Shown: in pieces, positions 9,621-19,321 of the stretch | Layout of the letters: every line of letters begins with the position of its first letter | Position numbering within the stretch: the first letter of the stretch is position 1 | Origin: Candidatus Freyarchaeum deiterrae | GTDB lineage: Archaea; Asgardarchaeota; Jordiarchaeia; Jordiarchaeales; Jordiarchaeaceae | Reading direction: 5' to 3' | Length of the DNA stretch: 64,000 nt | NCBI GenBank assembly: GCA_037305845.1 | Contig: CP147778.1 | Span: 2,912,001-2,976,000 of the forward strand | Translations under genes and position numbers: made by a program | Notes under the pieces: generated by a model | The model's database searches: none | Told to the model about the DNA's origin: nothing | The model's input: the letters and a program-made list of their open reading frames with translations, nothing else

Positions 9621-12600
9621 GGCGCAGCTATTATTTCCCCTTTCTCTTTTTTTATTAATCGGTCAGAAACAGGCTGGCCATCTTCAGTCATTCTAAAGTC
9701 GAGAAGATATCTGGTACGGTATGGAATCTCTGGAATTTTCCAAGAGTAGGTACCGTAAATTTCTGTTTCTCTTTTCTGCTTAATGTTAAAGCCCGCAATT
9801 TTCATTTCTTCCCCTTGACTCGTGGCGTAAACATTGAGCTTGAGATCCTCACTATTATAGTTTTGTTTTACTACCACGTCGAAGTAAACTTTATCACCGC
9901 TATTCACCATATTGGGAATGCTCGGTGAACCCCTAATTTTAACTTCCAATGGTGCAACCTGTGGTTGAATAATTTGAAACCTGGTGGAAGATATCCACTC
10001 CTCCGCCTTACCCTTTTCCGCGTTATAGGAAAGCCTTGCAATGATGAAGCACTCTTTACCAAGGGTGTAAAGAGGTGGAGTGAAGACTTCATCTATTTGT
10101 CCCTGCTCCCCGGGCGTTAGCTTTAAACGATTACTTCTAAAGGTAGTCTTTTTCGAATTTAGGGGCAAGAGAGTGAAATCAACATCCACCTGGAGACTCT
10201 TCTCCGAGTTATTTCTAACTCTGAGTACATGCTTACCAGCCTCCCCCGCTTTCACGGCCCCCTGCAAGAGGGGAGGAGTAACATCAATAAGAGACTTTTG
10301 TTGCAATACATCAAAAGAGGTTTCCCTCGAGCCTATTCTTACATCTCCCACACTCAGACTAACTTCCAGCGAAGCCTTTTTCACTTCTGAGGGAATATCC
10401 CTGATTCTCATTGGTAGCGGTAGTAGATAGGTTCCATCCTCTCCTATAGTAAAGGAGTAAATCTCCTTCTGAATATCTACCTTTTCAGAAGAAATCTCTA
10501 GGTTAATGAAAAGATTCACTGGATCAAGCACATAGTTAACTTCAACCTCGATTAAAGGAACAATCCTAACTCCAGACATTATACCTTGCGGAGCATTAAC
10601 AAATCCATGAAGCCTCAATATTTTATTTACGTTGGGCGACTTTACAAGAATCTCTTCCGAGTCAAGCTTCTCTATAGCTGTTCCCTGGTAGAGAACCTCT
10701 GCTCTAAGCTTAAATCTTCTAGACTTGGGGAGATCTTTCATCTTGAATCTGTAACTTACTTTCTTTTTGTCTGATATGTTAAACAAGCTGTGGTCTACGA
10801 GAACTTCCTCCCCATTCACAGGGCAGTAATAAATATTCAACCCGTAAACCCCCGCCAAATCCGGATTAAGATTCCTGACCTCAATATCAAAATCGCAGTC
10901 CGAATCCAGAACCAATTCTTTCTCCTTAGAATGAACGTAGAGAGAAACCTTCGGCGGCTCAACAATCGAAGCCTCCACAGCCTTAGACTCCCTTACCCTC
11001 TTCGCAGTCACAGGCCTACTAACCACTGGCATACGAGCAGCACTAGTAGCTTCAGATGCTTCAGCAGTCCTTGGTAAACGCTGAACAGGCGGCTCCCGCC
11101 GTTCGGGAATCCTGGGCTCGGGTTTCGCAATTCGTTCCGTAAATGTTTTCCTCTCAGAGAATGTCTCCTCTCTACTGGGTATCCTTCTTGAAGCTTCAAC
11201 TGGAACTCTGGGCTCGGGTTTCGCAATTCGTTCTGCGGTCGGTTCTCTCGTAGTAAGTGCCCTCGCCTTCGTAGGAGTCTTCCTCGAAACTCCCGAGGAA
11301 ACCGCTGACTTAACGCCCCTCTTCTCAGCTTTCCCCATCCTTGAAGATGTAGACTTGGACTTCACTGTTGGCGTGACTGTTTTCAACTTCAGGGTGGATT
11401 TGGGATTTGCTTTGACACCCTGCTTAACTTTTTGAGACTGGGCTCGCATCTGTGTTTGAGTATATGCTTTGGGTTGAGCACGCTGAGGAATTTTTTGAGG
11501 TGGAGTTCTGATACTCGGCTGTGGTCTTCCCCTCTGGGTTACTTGCAGAGATTTGGTTTCAGTGGGCAATTTCGCCGTTACTTGAATTTCTGGTTTCATC
11601 GGTTCCGGTTCCGGTTCCTCTTTCGGGATGATTGATATGTTCGGGGTTCCATGCTCACCTACTACCCGCGACTTATAGAGAACCTGGGCTCTTATTTTCA
11701 GATACGCTTCCTTGGCGATTTCACTTGTTATTTTTAGCTTGTAGGGTATGTTTACTGTCGTGAGGCTGGTTAGATTCTTTTCTAGCTCAAGTTTGGAAGC
11801 TCCACTCGGAAGCCTTCGGTAAACGCGCAGCTGGTACCTTCCAGCGAACTGAGGAGTGTTGTTTGTCACTTGAATGTTTATATCGTAACTTCCGTCCTCA
11901 TCGACCTTTTTGGGAACGGGAGAAGTCTTAACCACGATGTTTGGTGTGGCAATTACCTTGAAGACATTGGTCTTTATTTCTGCTAACTCGTTTTTATTCT
12001 TGTCACGCACAGTAAACTGGAGAAAGCAGCTCTTGGTCTTGGAGAAGGCTCCAAAGGGCACTACAAGCGGGATAGCAGTCCCTCCAAATGTCGTCTCTCT
12101 ACCCGGCTTGAGTAAAACATCCTTTACCGCCGTGCTAACAACAGACTCCTCCCCGCCCACCCTAGATAAAACCTTTCCAAGAACTGTGACCCGTGTTTCA
12201 GAGTTGCTATTTGAAGTGAGACTCAGCTTGAAGGGAATCCGCTCCTGAGCAACAATCAGATTAGACTCCACCGAGCCGGAACCATTCACGGAGAGAGTAG
12301 GAGCAGCAGCAGCAACAGCAACAGTAGTAGGCGCAACGGCGTGCGCACGCTTAGCAGCAGCGGCAGGTGCAGCTGTGGGTACTCGCTCAGCAACAGCCGC
12401 CTTGGCAGTCTCTTCAGGGATTCCGAAGAGCTTGGTTATCGGGTCTTCTGTAAGGTTTGTGCAAAAATCCTCTGTTATCTTAATAAGGTTTGAAGTAACA
12501 CGAGCGAAGTCACCGCCTGAAGACTGGTAGAGGTAGAGAAGATAGTCCGCTGGGGAGCAGGGGGGCTCAAGTTGGCGGGTTCCCATTACAGATGTTAAAA

Positions 12601-13816
12601 CGGGGTTAAGGTACTCTTGGAACCCTAGTTCCTCAATTTCGTTTTGAATAAATCTCAGCATGCTTTGAACAGCTTCAAAAAGCTTCGTGTTCGGCTTACC
12701 AGAGTCGGGATTAGAATTATAGTACTTGGCGAACGACTTATCAGAACCGCTAAGATTCTCGTCCGGTAAGAATTTACCGAAGAGCCCAAACTCAACAGCC
12801 TTTTCCCGGTTGTCAACCAGAACCTCGGATTTCACAGCTGGCAACTTCTGACCAGATTTAACAAGCTTTGTAGCCTTGTATGCGAGGGTTTGAATAATTG
12901 CAATGAGAGCGAGTCTGCGTGCAACACTAAACTGGGTGTCAAAAACTCTCATCTCGATTGTTCCATAGTCGGTAAACGGCCACATATCAACAAACTTATC
13001 GTCGGGGGCCTCCCTGTTTACAACCTTATCAAAAATCCTCCTGTCAAATCTCTCAAGATAGGGGATGTAGTGATCCTTGTCTACAGGTCCCATCTGACCC
13101 TTGTTAAAACTCAGCCTCAGGCTTCTCACACTGTTCTGACTCAGAATGAAAACCTTAGGAGCTTTCTTTACTTTTACATTTCCTGTGGGTGCCTCATTTA
13201 TAAATGGTGAGTCTACAGCGAGCGCAATGAGGTGAGGTATAAAACATCGCAGCAGATTATATGCAGCTAGTCTATCCCTAGTGTCAGATATACCGATGTG
13301 GTAGTGGTCGCCGAAGGTAACTCCACTGCGGTACTCGGCTTCCCTTGGGTTAAAGCCAATTGATATAATTCCATACCCACTTGGCAAGGAATTCAGAGCA
13401 ACTCGGTAAAGAGACCTTATCCACCATCCCAGCTCTTCCATAGTCTCACACGGTGGGGTTACTAGTTCAAGAATCCAGGTGACTTGACTTATGTTCGGGT
13501 CCGGGCCGAAAGACATGATCTCAATGTTCTTACTGCCGTGCATCCTGTAGCTTACAGCAATGTAGGGCAGCCTTCTCCCCTGGCGTTCCTTCTCCACCCG
13601 CCACACACGAACAAGTTTCTCCCTCACGATGCTGGGGGCACCTTCGAGAACAGTTTTCTCCAGAATCGCTCCTGCACGTTTAAACAGGTTATCCCAAATC
13701 TTTATGAGGCGCTGACCCTGAAGAAGGGCACCACTCTGGTCTACTATCTGAAGCTCCATCTCAACACCCTGAGTAAAAGGAAGTCGTTTGCCACTACTAC
13801 TACTCAATTTAATCAC
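9617..13816 (-). CDS. GCS2/YbdK-family carboxylate-amine ligase fused to Ig-like beta-sandwich repeats and a basic disordered region (1399 aa)
   Basis: GVEMELQIVD, LELVTPP, FGDHYHIG, DSPF and GTIEMRVFD motifs in aa 1-465, followed by an Ala-rich linker, beta-rich ~110-aa units and a K/R/P/S/T-rich region. Confidence 0.85.
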   Translation of the reverse strand: MIKLSSSSGKRLPFTQGVEMELQIVDQSGALLQGQRLIKIWDNLFKRAGAILEKTVLEGAPSIVREKLVRVWRVEKERQGRRLPYIAVSYRMHGSKNIEIMSFGPDPNISQVTWILELVTPPCETMEELGWWIRSLYRVALNSLPSGYGIISIGFNPREAEYRSGVTFGDHYHIGISDTRDRLAAYNLLRCFIPHLIALAVDSPFINEAPTGNVKVKKAPKVFILSQNSVRSLRLSFNKGQMGPVDKDHYIPYLERFDRRIFDKVVNREAPDDKFVDMWPFTDYGTIEMRVFDTQFSVARRLALIAIIQTLAYKATKLVKSGQKLPAVKSEVLVDNREKAVEFGLFGKFLPDENLSGSDKSFAKYYNSNPDSGKPNTKLFEAVQSMLRFIQNEIEELGFQEYLNPVLTSVMGTRQLEPPCSPADYLLYLYQSSGGDFARVTSNLIKITEDFCTNLTEDPITKLFGIPEETAKAAVAERVPTAAPAAAAKRAHAVAPTTVAVAAAAPTLSVNGSGSVESNLIVAQERIPFKLSLTSNSNSETRVTVLGKVLSRVGGEESVVSTAVKDVLLKPGRETTFGGTAIPLVVPFGAFSKTKSCFLQFTVRDKNKNELAEIKTNVFKVIATPNIVVKTSPVPKKVDEDGSYDINIQVTNNTPQFAGRYQLRVYRRLPSGASKLELEKNLTSLTTVNIPYKLKITSEIAKEAYLKIRAQVLYKSRVVGEHGTPNISIIPKEEPEPEPMKPEIQVTAKLPTETKSLQVTQRGRPQPSIRTPPQKIPQRAQPKAYTQTQMRAQSQKVKQGVKANPKSTLKLKTVTPTVKSKSTSSRMGKAEKRGVKSAVSSGVSRKTPTKARALTTREPTAERIAKPEPRVPVEASRRIPSREETFSERKTFTERIAKPEPRIPERREPPVQRLPRTAEASEATSAARMPVVSRPVTAKRVRESKAVEASIVEPPKVSLYVHSKEKELVLDSDCDFDIEVRNLNPDLAGVYGLNIYYCPVNGEEVLVDHSLFNISDKKKVSYRFKMKDLPKSRRFKLRAEVLYQGTAIEKLDSEEILVKSPNVNKILRLHGFVNAPQGIMSGVRIVPLIEVEVNYVLDPVNLFINLEISSEKVDIQKEIYSFTIGEDGTYLLPLPMRIRDIPSEVKKASLEVSLSVGDVRIGSRETSFDVLQQKSLIDVTPPLLQGAVKAGEAGKHVLRVRNNSEKSLQVDVDFTLLPLNSKKTTFRSNRLKLTPGEQGQIDEVFTPPLYTLGKECFIIARLSYNAEKGKAEEWISSTRFQIIQPQVAPLEVKIRGSPSIPNMVNSGDKVYFDVVVKQNYNSEDLKLNVYATSQGEEMKIAGFNIKQKRETEIYGTYSWKIPEIPYRTRYLLDFRMTEDGQPVSDRLIKKEKGEIIAAP
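11112..11233 (-). repeat. 26-bp exact direct repeat encoding ERIAKPEPR twice
   Basis: ctgggctcgggtttcgcaattcgttc at 11112-11137 and 11208-11233. Confidence 0.9.
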
Positions 13817-14078
13817 TCTCTTGTTCCCTAGGACAGGTGGTGCAGAATCTCACACAACATATCCTTTATAACATATCTGGGAGTTGAATGATAAATTTCT
13901 TTCTTTGTCAGCAATTTCATAGATATACTTTAATTCGACTCTAAACTGGTTGCGGTGTGAAAATAGGATAAGGCAGCCGATTTAAAAGTGGAGTATAAAG
14001 GATATTCGTTGGGTTTTCTCCTTTAAATCGGGATATTAAAATAAATGTTTTTTTATTATTATGTTTTAGGTATGTATT

Positions 14079-15101
14079 CTAATCCTTTTTTTCCTTTGCT
14101 TTTCTTTTTTTAGTTCCTCCTTCTTCTTCTCCTTTGTCTTTGGTTCCGTCGATTGTGGAGAGGGTTTCGATTCTTTTGGCTACTTTCTGTACAAGTGATT
14201 CCAAGCTGCTTATCAGTTCCTCATCTTTAGGAAGCTCATCCCATTTCTTGGAGACAACCTCTCTTCTTTCTCTTAGAATCGTGAGGGGCTTCTGGAGAGG
14301 AAGCAGAGCACTGGCCTCAGTGATTGCTTTAGTTGGGCCTTTCTTTTTCAGCGTATCCACCAAACCGAGCACGATTCGATCAATTAGAATCTCGAAAAGG
14401 GCTCTTGAGCCCTCATTCATGATTGCTCTAATAAAGAGGAAGAACTCACTGTCTCCAATTTTTCTGAAACGCCATTCTTCGGATCCCGCTTCATGGCTGC
14501 TGGAAAACTCCAGTTTTAAATTCGATTTATTGGGCACGCTTTTGAGCATGTTTAAACAAGCGTAACGGATGCTGAGGTCTGGTTTGGCTTCCTTTTCCCA
14601 GCTGGCGGATATGCCTCCCTCTAGAGAAATCAGATAGACATTCTGTAGAATTATGTTTATCATTCGTCCCTCGGAAAGCCAGCCAATCTCTTTATCTATG
14701 TAGGATTGAAGCCTTTGGGGCACAACTTTTGCTTTAATAATATCCTCTATGCTTTTCCTTGTTTCATCGTCCAGCTCAATGGTTGCCTTCAATTCTTTTT
14801 CTAAATCTACATTTTTCTCGAGTAAACTAACTAATTCATCCAATTTAGAGTACATGATTTCCATATTGTCAGACACGTCAAAGATGCAGACCCAGAGACC
14901 CTTACCGGTCTCTTTAAGCAGAAGTGTGTATAATCCAAGCTGAATTTCTCGATAAAGGTGTTCTTTACTAAAAATCTGGGTAAGAAACTTGTTTAAAGCA
15001 CTCAACATACCCGAAAATAGGGTAAAATTGATGCCCAAACCATCATCATGTACCACGTGTCCTATTCCGTCCTGGGTAATGACAAGTAAGGCGTGTATCA
15101 A
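14079..15101 (-). CDS. Longin/roadblock-like domain protein
   Basis: N-terminal IHALLVITQDG...LFSGMLSALNKF pattern typical of Asgard longin-fold proteins; second NVYLISLEGG module; divergent from the GTPase. Confidence 0.65.
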   Translation of the reverse strand: MIHALLVITQDGIGHVVHDDGLGINFTLFSGMLSALNKFLTQIFSKEHLYREIQLGLYTLLLKETGKGLWVCIFDVSDNMEIMYSKLDELVSLLEKNVDLEKELKATIELDDETRKSIEDIIKAKVVPQRLQSYIDKEIGWLSEGRMINIILQNVYLISLEGGISASWEKEAKPDLSIRYACLNMLKSVPNKSNLKLEFSSSHEAGSEEWRFRKIGDSEFFLFIRAIMNEGSRALFEILIDRIVLGLVDTLKKKGPTKAITEASALLPLQKPLTILRERREVVSKKWDELPKDEELISSLESLVQKVAKRIETLSTIDGTKDKGEEEGGTKKRKAKEKKD

Positions 15102-15218
15102 ATATTATAACCCCATCATTATGAATGTTTGATAAAAACTCTTAAGGTACAAAAGCTATTTATTCTTAGCGGAACAAAAAATCTATGACCAAGAACCCTG
15201 TAAGTGAGGTAAAACTGC

Positions 15219-15767
15219 ATGCCAGACAAATACATATTCAAAGTACTATTACTCGGTGAAGGAGGCGTCGGCAAAACCACTCTAAAACAAAGGTACACAG
15301 AAGGGCTTGTTGACCCCATATACAAAACCACAATAGGTGTGGATTTTGGACAAATAGACACAAAACTCGCCGAGCAGGAAATATCTCTGCATTTTTGGGA
15401 CATTGGGGGTCAAATCCAGTTTCGCGATATTTCTGGCGCCTTCTATAAGGGTGCTAAGGCGGCTATTCTGATGTTTGATGTCACCCAGCCTACTACCTTT
15501 GATGGTCTCAGCGAATGGCTTAAATTGATGCAGGAGGAAAATGTTTACAATATTCCCAAGATAATAGTAGGAAATAAAATAGACATCAGAAAATCTGATA
15601 AAGGACATCATGTCACCTCCGAGAAGGCAAAGAAATTCTGTAATAACCTGAAAATGGAATACTTTGAAACCTCAGCTCTTTTCGGCGAGGGCACGGAGGA
15701 ACTATTAAAGAATCTGGTAAACATCATCGCAACGACCTACCTCAGTATAAGTAAAAAAGCGGTGTAA
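15219..15767 (+). CDS. Rab-like small GTPase (Ras superfamily)
   Basis: G1 GEGGVGKT, G2 TIGVDF, G3 WDIGGQ, G4 NKID, G5 ETSA; no C-terminal Cys. Confidence 0.95.
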   Translation: MPDKYIFKVLLLGEGGVGKTTLKQRYTEGLVDPIYKTTIGVDFGQIDTKLAEQEISLHFWDIGGQIQFRDISGAFYKGAKAAILMFDVTQPTTFDGLSEWLKLMQEENVYNIPKIIVGNKIDIRKSDKGHHVTSEKAKKFCNNLKMEYFETSALFGEGTEELLKNLVNIIATTYLSISKKAV

Positions 15768-15838
15768 AAAGAACTCTTGAAAGATAATTTTCATACTACA
15801 AATAGTTTAGAATATACTACGGACATCTGGCGGTTCCT

Positions 15839-16471
15839 ATGGAGATAAACTCTAAACTGGCTTTCCAAAATGTTTATACACAGTGTGGCTCTGGAAGACC
15901 GATTGGCGGAGCAGTGGTCACCACCTCTGGGAAAATCCTATACCAAGAAAACTTTAATGACGACGAAATATTAAGAGAACTCATTCCCCTTCTCCCCCAA
16001 TTAAGGGTAGGCGATTTTCTCTCAACCAGAAACTACCTAGTTCTACGAGCATCAACTGGCATATCCATAATTTTAAAATTTATCAATGAGCAAAAAGTTG
16101 CCTTAGCCCATCTCTCCCTAATTGGAAGATTCGCAGCCTTCGCAGGCTGGTTCGACTTTCTGGACGCTAAAGATTACAACATCAACCTACTGAAATTAAA
16201 CTACCCGGAGGGACGCAAAATCTATGACCTCCTGAGATGTGACTCCACAACTGCGACAGGGAAAATTCTGGAATTTATAGTTGAAAAAGGCGAGGTAACC
16301 AAGGATGATTTAATCCAAGAGCTGGGAATAGACGAACACACCGCAGAGAAAGCTTTAGACAAACTGGTAAAAACTGAAATATTGGAAGAAAATGATGGAA
16401 AATACATGATACACACCCGACTAATCACCATCAAACTATTACACCAGTCCAACCCTCTTCCAACCACATAA
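15839..16471 (+). CDS. Profilin/roadblock-like N domain plus C-terminal winged helix-turn-helix
   Basis: KILEFIVEKGEVTKDDLIQELGIDEHTAEKALDKLVKTEILEE wHTH pattern; N-terminal GAVVTTSGKILY. Confidence 0.65.
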   Translation: MEINSKLAFQNVYTQCGSGRPIGGAVVTTSGKILYQENFNDDEILRELIPLLPQLRVGDFLSTRNYLVLRASTGISIILKFINEQKVALAHLSLIGRFAAFAGWFDFLDAKDYNINLLKLNYPEGRKIYDLLRCDSTTATGKILEFIVEKGEVTKDDLIQELGIDEHTAEKALDKLVKTEILEENDGKYMIHTRLITIKLLHQSNPLPTT

Positions 16472-16702
16472 TAGCCCTCCTAGCAGCGAGAAAAAGACAT
16501 TCATCTTATTCTTGCTAAAAAAATGAATCATTACTTAAAATAATCCTAAAATGAATCAAATCCATTCTACTTTTTCATTTTTATGAGATTTCGGATTAAA
16601 AATCATTAAACTTATATACGCTAAATGGTACTCAATTTCATTAGTTTATTCTATTAACTGAAATGCTGGTTTGAAAATCTTATTAATCTTTGAGGTGTTG
16701 AT

Positions 16703-17848
16703 ATGAATTTTGAGCTAACCGAAGAGCAGGAACTAATTCGAAGTACGGTAAGAGAATTCGCTGAAACTGTACTAGCTCCTCGAGCCCGTGAGATGGATGA
16801 AAAGGCCGAGTTTCCTTGGAATGAAACAAAGAAGATGGCGGAACAGGGCTACTTGGGTGCCCAGATCCCCAAAGAATACGGTGGCTCAGAACTGGACAGT
16901 GTCAGCTACGCGATACTGATAGAAGAAATATCTCGTGTGGTCTGCGGAATCGGTTTAACCCTGCAGATTCACAACTCTGCCTGCGCTCAACCAATTGCAC
17001 AGTTCGGCAACGAAAAGCAGAAGAAACGATTCCTTCCCCGATTAGCTAAGGGTGAAATTATAGGAGCCTTCGCTCTAACAGAACCCGGAGCCGGAAGCGA
17101 CGCTCAATCTCTAAGAACTAACGCCACTCCTAGTGGAAACGAATACGTGTTGAATGGTAGCAAAATATTCATCACTAGTGGACCGGTAGCGGGAGTGGCT
17201 CTTGTCTTCGCAGTGACACCATCAGCCGAGGAGGGCAAAAGAAAGCCCATGAGTGCGTTCTTAGTTGAGAAGGGAACCCCCGGATTCAGCGCTGGTGCGG
17301 ATGAGGACAAGATGGGCATGCGTGCCGCGATCAACTCGGAACTAATGTTTGACGAATGCAAAATACCTAAGGAGAACCTTTTGGGAAAAGAAGGGGATGG
17401 ATTCAAAATAGCAATGACCATACTAGACTCTGCGAGAATAGGAGCCTCAGCCCAAGCCGTGGGGCTTTCACAGGCAGCCCTTGAAGAATCACTCAAATAC
17501 TCCCAGGAGAGGCAGCAGTTCAACAGACCCATCGCACAGTTCCAGGCAATCCAATTCATGATAGCTGAGATGGCGACCCAAATAGAAGCCGCCCGTCTCC
17601 TGACATATCAAGCAGCATTTCTAAAGGATAAGGGAGCCCGGTTCACCAAGGAAGTAGCTATGGCAAAGCTCTACTCTTCAAAAATCTGCACTCAAGTCGT
17701 ATCAAACGCCGTCCAGATACACGGCGGCTACGGCTACATGAAAGACTACCCGGTCGAGAGATACTACAGAGACGCTAAGGTACTCGAAATATACGAAGGA
17801 ACCAGCGAAGTTCAGAGAATGGTAATAGCGGGACAACTAATAAAATGA
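16703..17848 (+). CDS. Acyl-CoA dehydrogenase (short-chain/butyryl-CoA type)
   Basis: FALTEPGAGSD, NGSKIFIT, QIHGGYGY and IYEGTSEVQ motifs. Confidence 0.95.
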   Translation: MNFELTEEQELIRSTVREFAETVLAPRAREMDEKAEFPWNETKKMAEQGYLGAQIPKEYGGSELDSVSYAILIEEISRVVCGIGLTLQIHNSACAQPIAQFGNEKQKKRFLPRLAKGEIIGAFALTEPGAGSDAQSLRTNATPSGNEYVLNGSKIFITSGPVAGVALVFAVTPSAEEGKRKPMSAFLVEKGTPGFSAGADEDKMGMRAAINSELMFDECKIPKENLLGKEGDGFKIAMTILDSARIGASAQAVGLSQAALEESLKYSQERQQFNRPIAQFQAIQFMIAEMATQIEAARLLTYQAAFLKDKGARFTKEVAMAKLYSSKICTQVVSNAVQIHGGYGYMKDYPVERYYRDAKVLEIYEGTSEVQRMVIAGQLIK

Positions 17849-18072
17849 GGCTCTAAACTAATTACTCACTGAAAGCATGGAAAGAGGAATCAATAAAGAT
17901 AGAAAAATAAAAAGACGGGCATAAATTCAACCTTCCGCTTACTCAACTTATTTTTCATTCATTTTTAATTATTCACAAAGATTGCTCACCTTTTTTTTAA
18001 GAAATATAAAAAAAATATATTAACAAGTAGATATAAGTATAATATAACGATATTATAAGAGTTGAGAAAGCG

Positions 18073-19134
18073 ATGGTGTTGCTCAACACAAATTTGGAAT
18101 TAGCGGACTTTATGCCAAAATATTTAGATCAGGCACAACGATACAACAACTGGTATTTCACAGTAAGCTTTTCGCATAAGAAAAAAGAGTACATGGCGAG
18201 ATTCTCCATCACCGAAGGCACTCTTATGGGACAAAAAGACTTTTTAAATCTTTCAATGACTCCACTAAGGCTTAAGCAAGAAAAGGATGTGCAGGTATTA
18301 AAAGAGCCAACTAACGACATAGCTATAATTAACACGGTGGAACAGAAAGATTTCCAGCACCGCGAGGAGAAGGATAAAGTCATAATAGAAACGCCGAATC
18401 TTACTGCCATATGCAAGGTTGACGAACGCAAATTAATTTCGAAAAATGAAAACCTCGGATGTGAATTAACCTTTAAATCTCGCGGTCCGCCGACCTTTTG
18501 GGGTGAAGAAAAGTACAAGAAGTGTGAAATAACTGAGGGAACCGGTGTTTCTGGGATTGAGGCGCTGTGCAATGTTCAAGGAAGCATAAATGTCGAGGGA
18601 GAGCCTATCGAAGTCAACGGCATGGGTCTGTCTGAACGCACGTGGATTGATTCACTAAACTTCTTGGCAATAAGGATGGTGGACTGGATTTATGCGAATT
18701 TTGATCAGGCGTATATGTTCCTCTGCCATGTGGAATCGAATAAAAGTGATGGGTGCCTTTTCCATTTTGAGACTGGAACGGTTTACATGATGCAGAAGAA
18801 TGAGTACTTACCAATCAGAAAACTCGAAGTTACGCCCGAAAAATGGGCGTATCAAAAGTCAGCCTACCGATTCATACCACTGCAACAAAAGGTTAAAGTG
18901 AAAACCGATAAGGGAGACTTGGAGATGGACGTAGCCCTAAATATGTATCCACAAACGATCGAAGACGCTAGGCGAATCGAAAACCTAACCCTTAATAACA
19001 TAACCGGTTGGAATGCGATGTTTTATGACTCGCCAGTCGCAATCAAAGGGAAATTCACCTACAAAAATGGAAAAACTGTGGAACTGGACAATGGACGAGG
19101 AATGAACGAGACTCTGAGAATAGTTCCGTTATAA
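18073..19134 (+). CDS. Hypothetical beta-rich protein, possibly AttH/CrtC/tocopherol-cyclase-like fold
   Basis: NWYF...GMGLSERTW...VDWIY spacing recalls double beta-barrel lipid-binding families. Confidence 0.5.
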   Translation: MVLLNTNLELADFMPKYLDQAQRYNNWYFTVSFSHKKKEYMARFSITEGTLMGQKDFLNLSMTPLRLKQEKDVQVLKEPTNDIAIINTVEQKDFQHREEKDKVIIETPNLTAICKVDERKLISKNENLGCELTFKSRGPPTFWGEEKYKKCEITEGTGVSGIEALCNVQGSINVEGEPIEVNGMGLSERTWIDSLNFLAIRMVDWIYANFDQAYMFLCHVESNKSDGCLFHFETGTVYMMQKNEYLPIRKLEVTPEKWAYQKSAYRFIPLQQKVKVKTDKGDLEMDVALNMYPQTIEDARRIENLTLNNITGWNAMFYDSPVAIKGKFTYKNGKTVELDNGRGMNETLRIVPL

Positions 19135-19321
19135 TTAATTACTCTATTCCATTTTTCTTTTACATAACAACTAAAAAGGTATTAACCAAAATCACAAATG
19201 CCAAGATTTAAATCCATTAAATCCAAATATATACTTAACATAGATTAAAATAAATTATGACCAGCAACACTAAAAAGAGGAAAACATCTAATTTAAGATA
19301 TAAAGAGGGTGGCTCTGAACC

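Noticed and set aside
16520-16558. aaaatgaatca direct repeat / aatgaatcatt palindrome upstream of the acyl-CoA dehydrogenase as a TetR/FadR operator
   Set aside because: Short and AT-rich, and not convincingly repeated upstream of other lipid genes in the window
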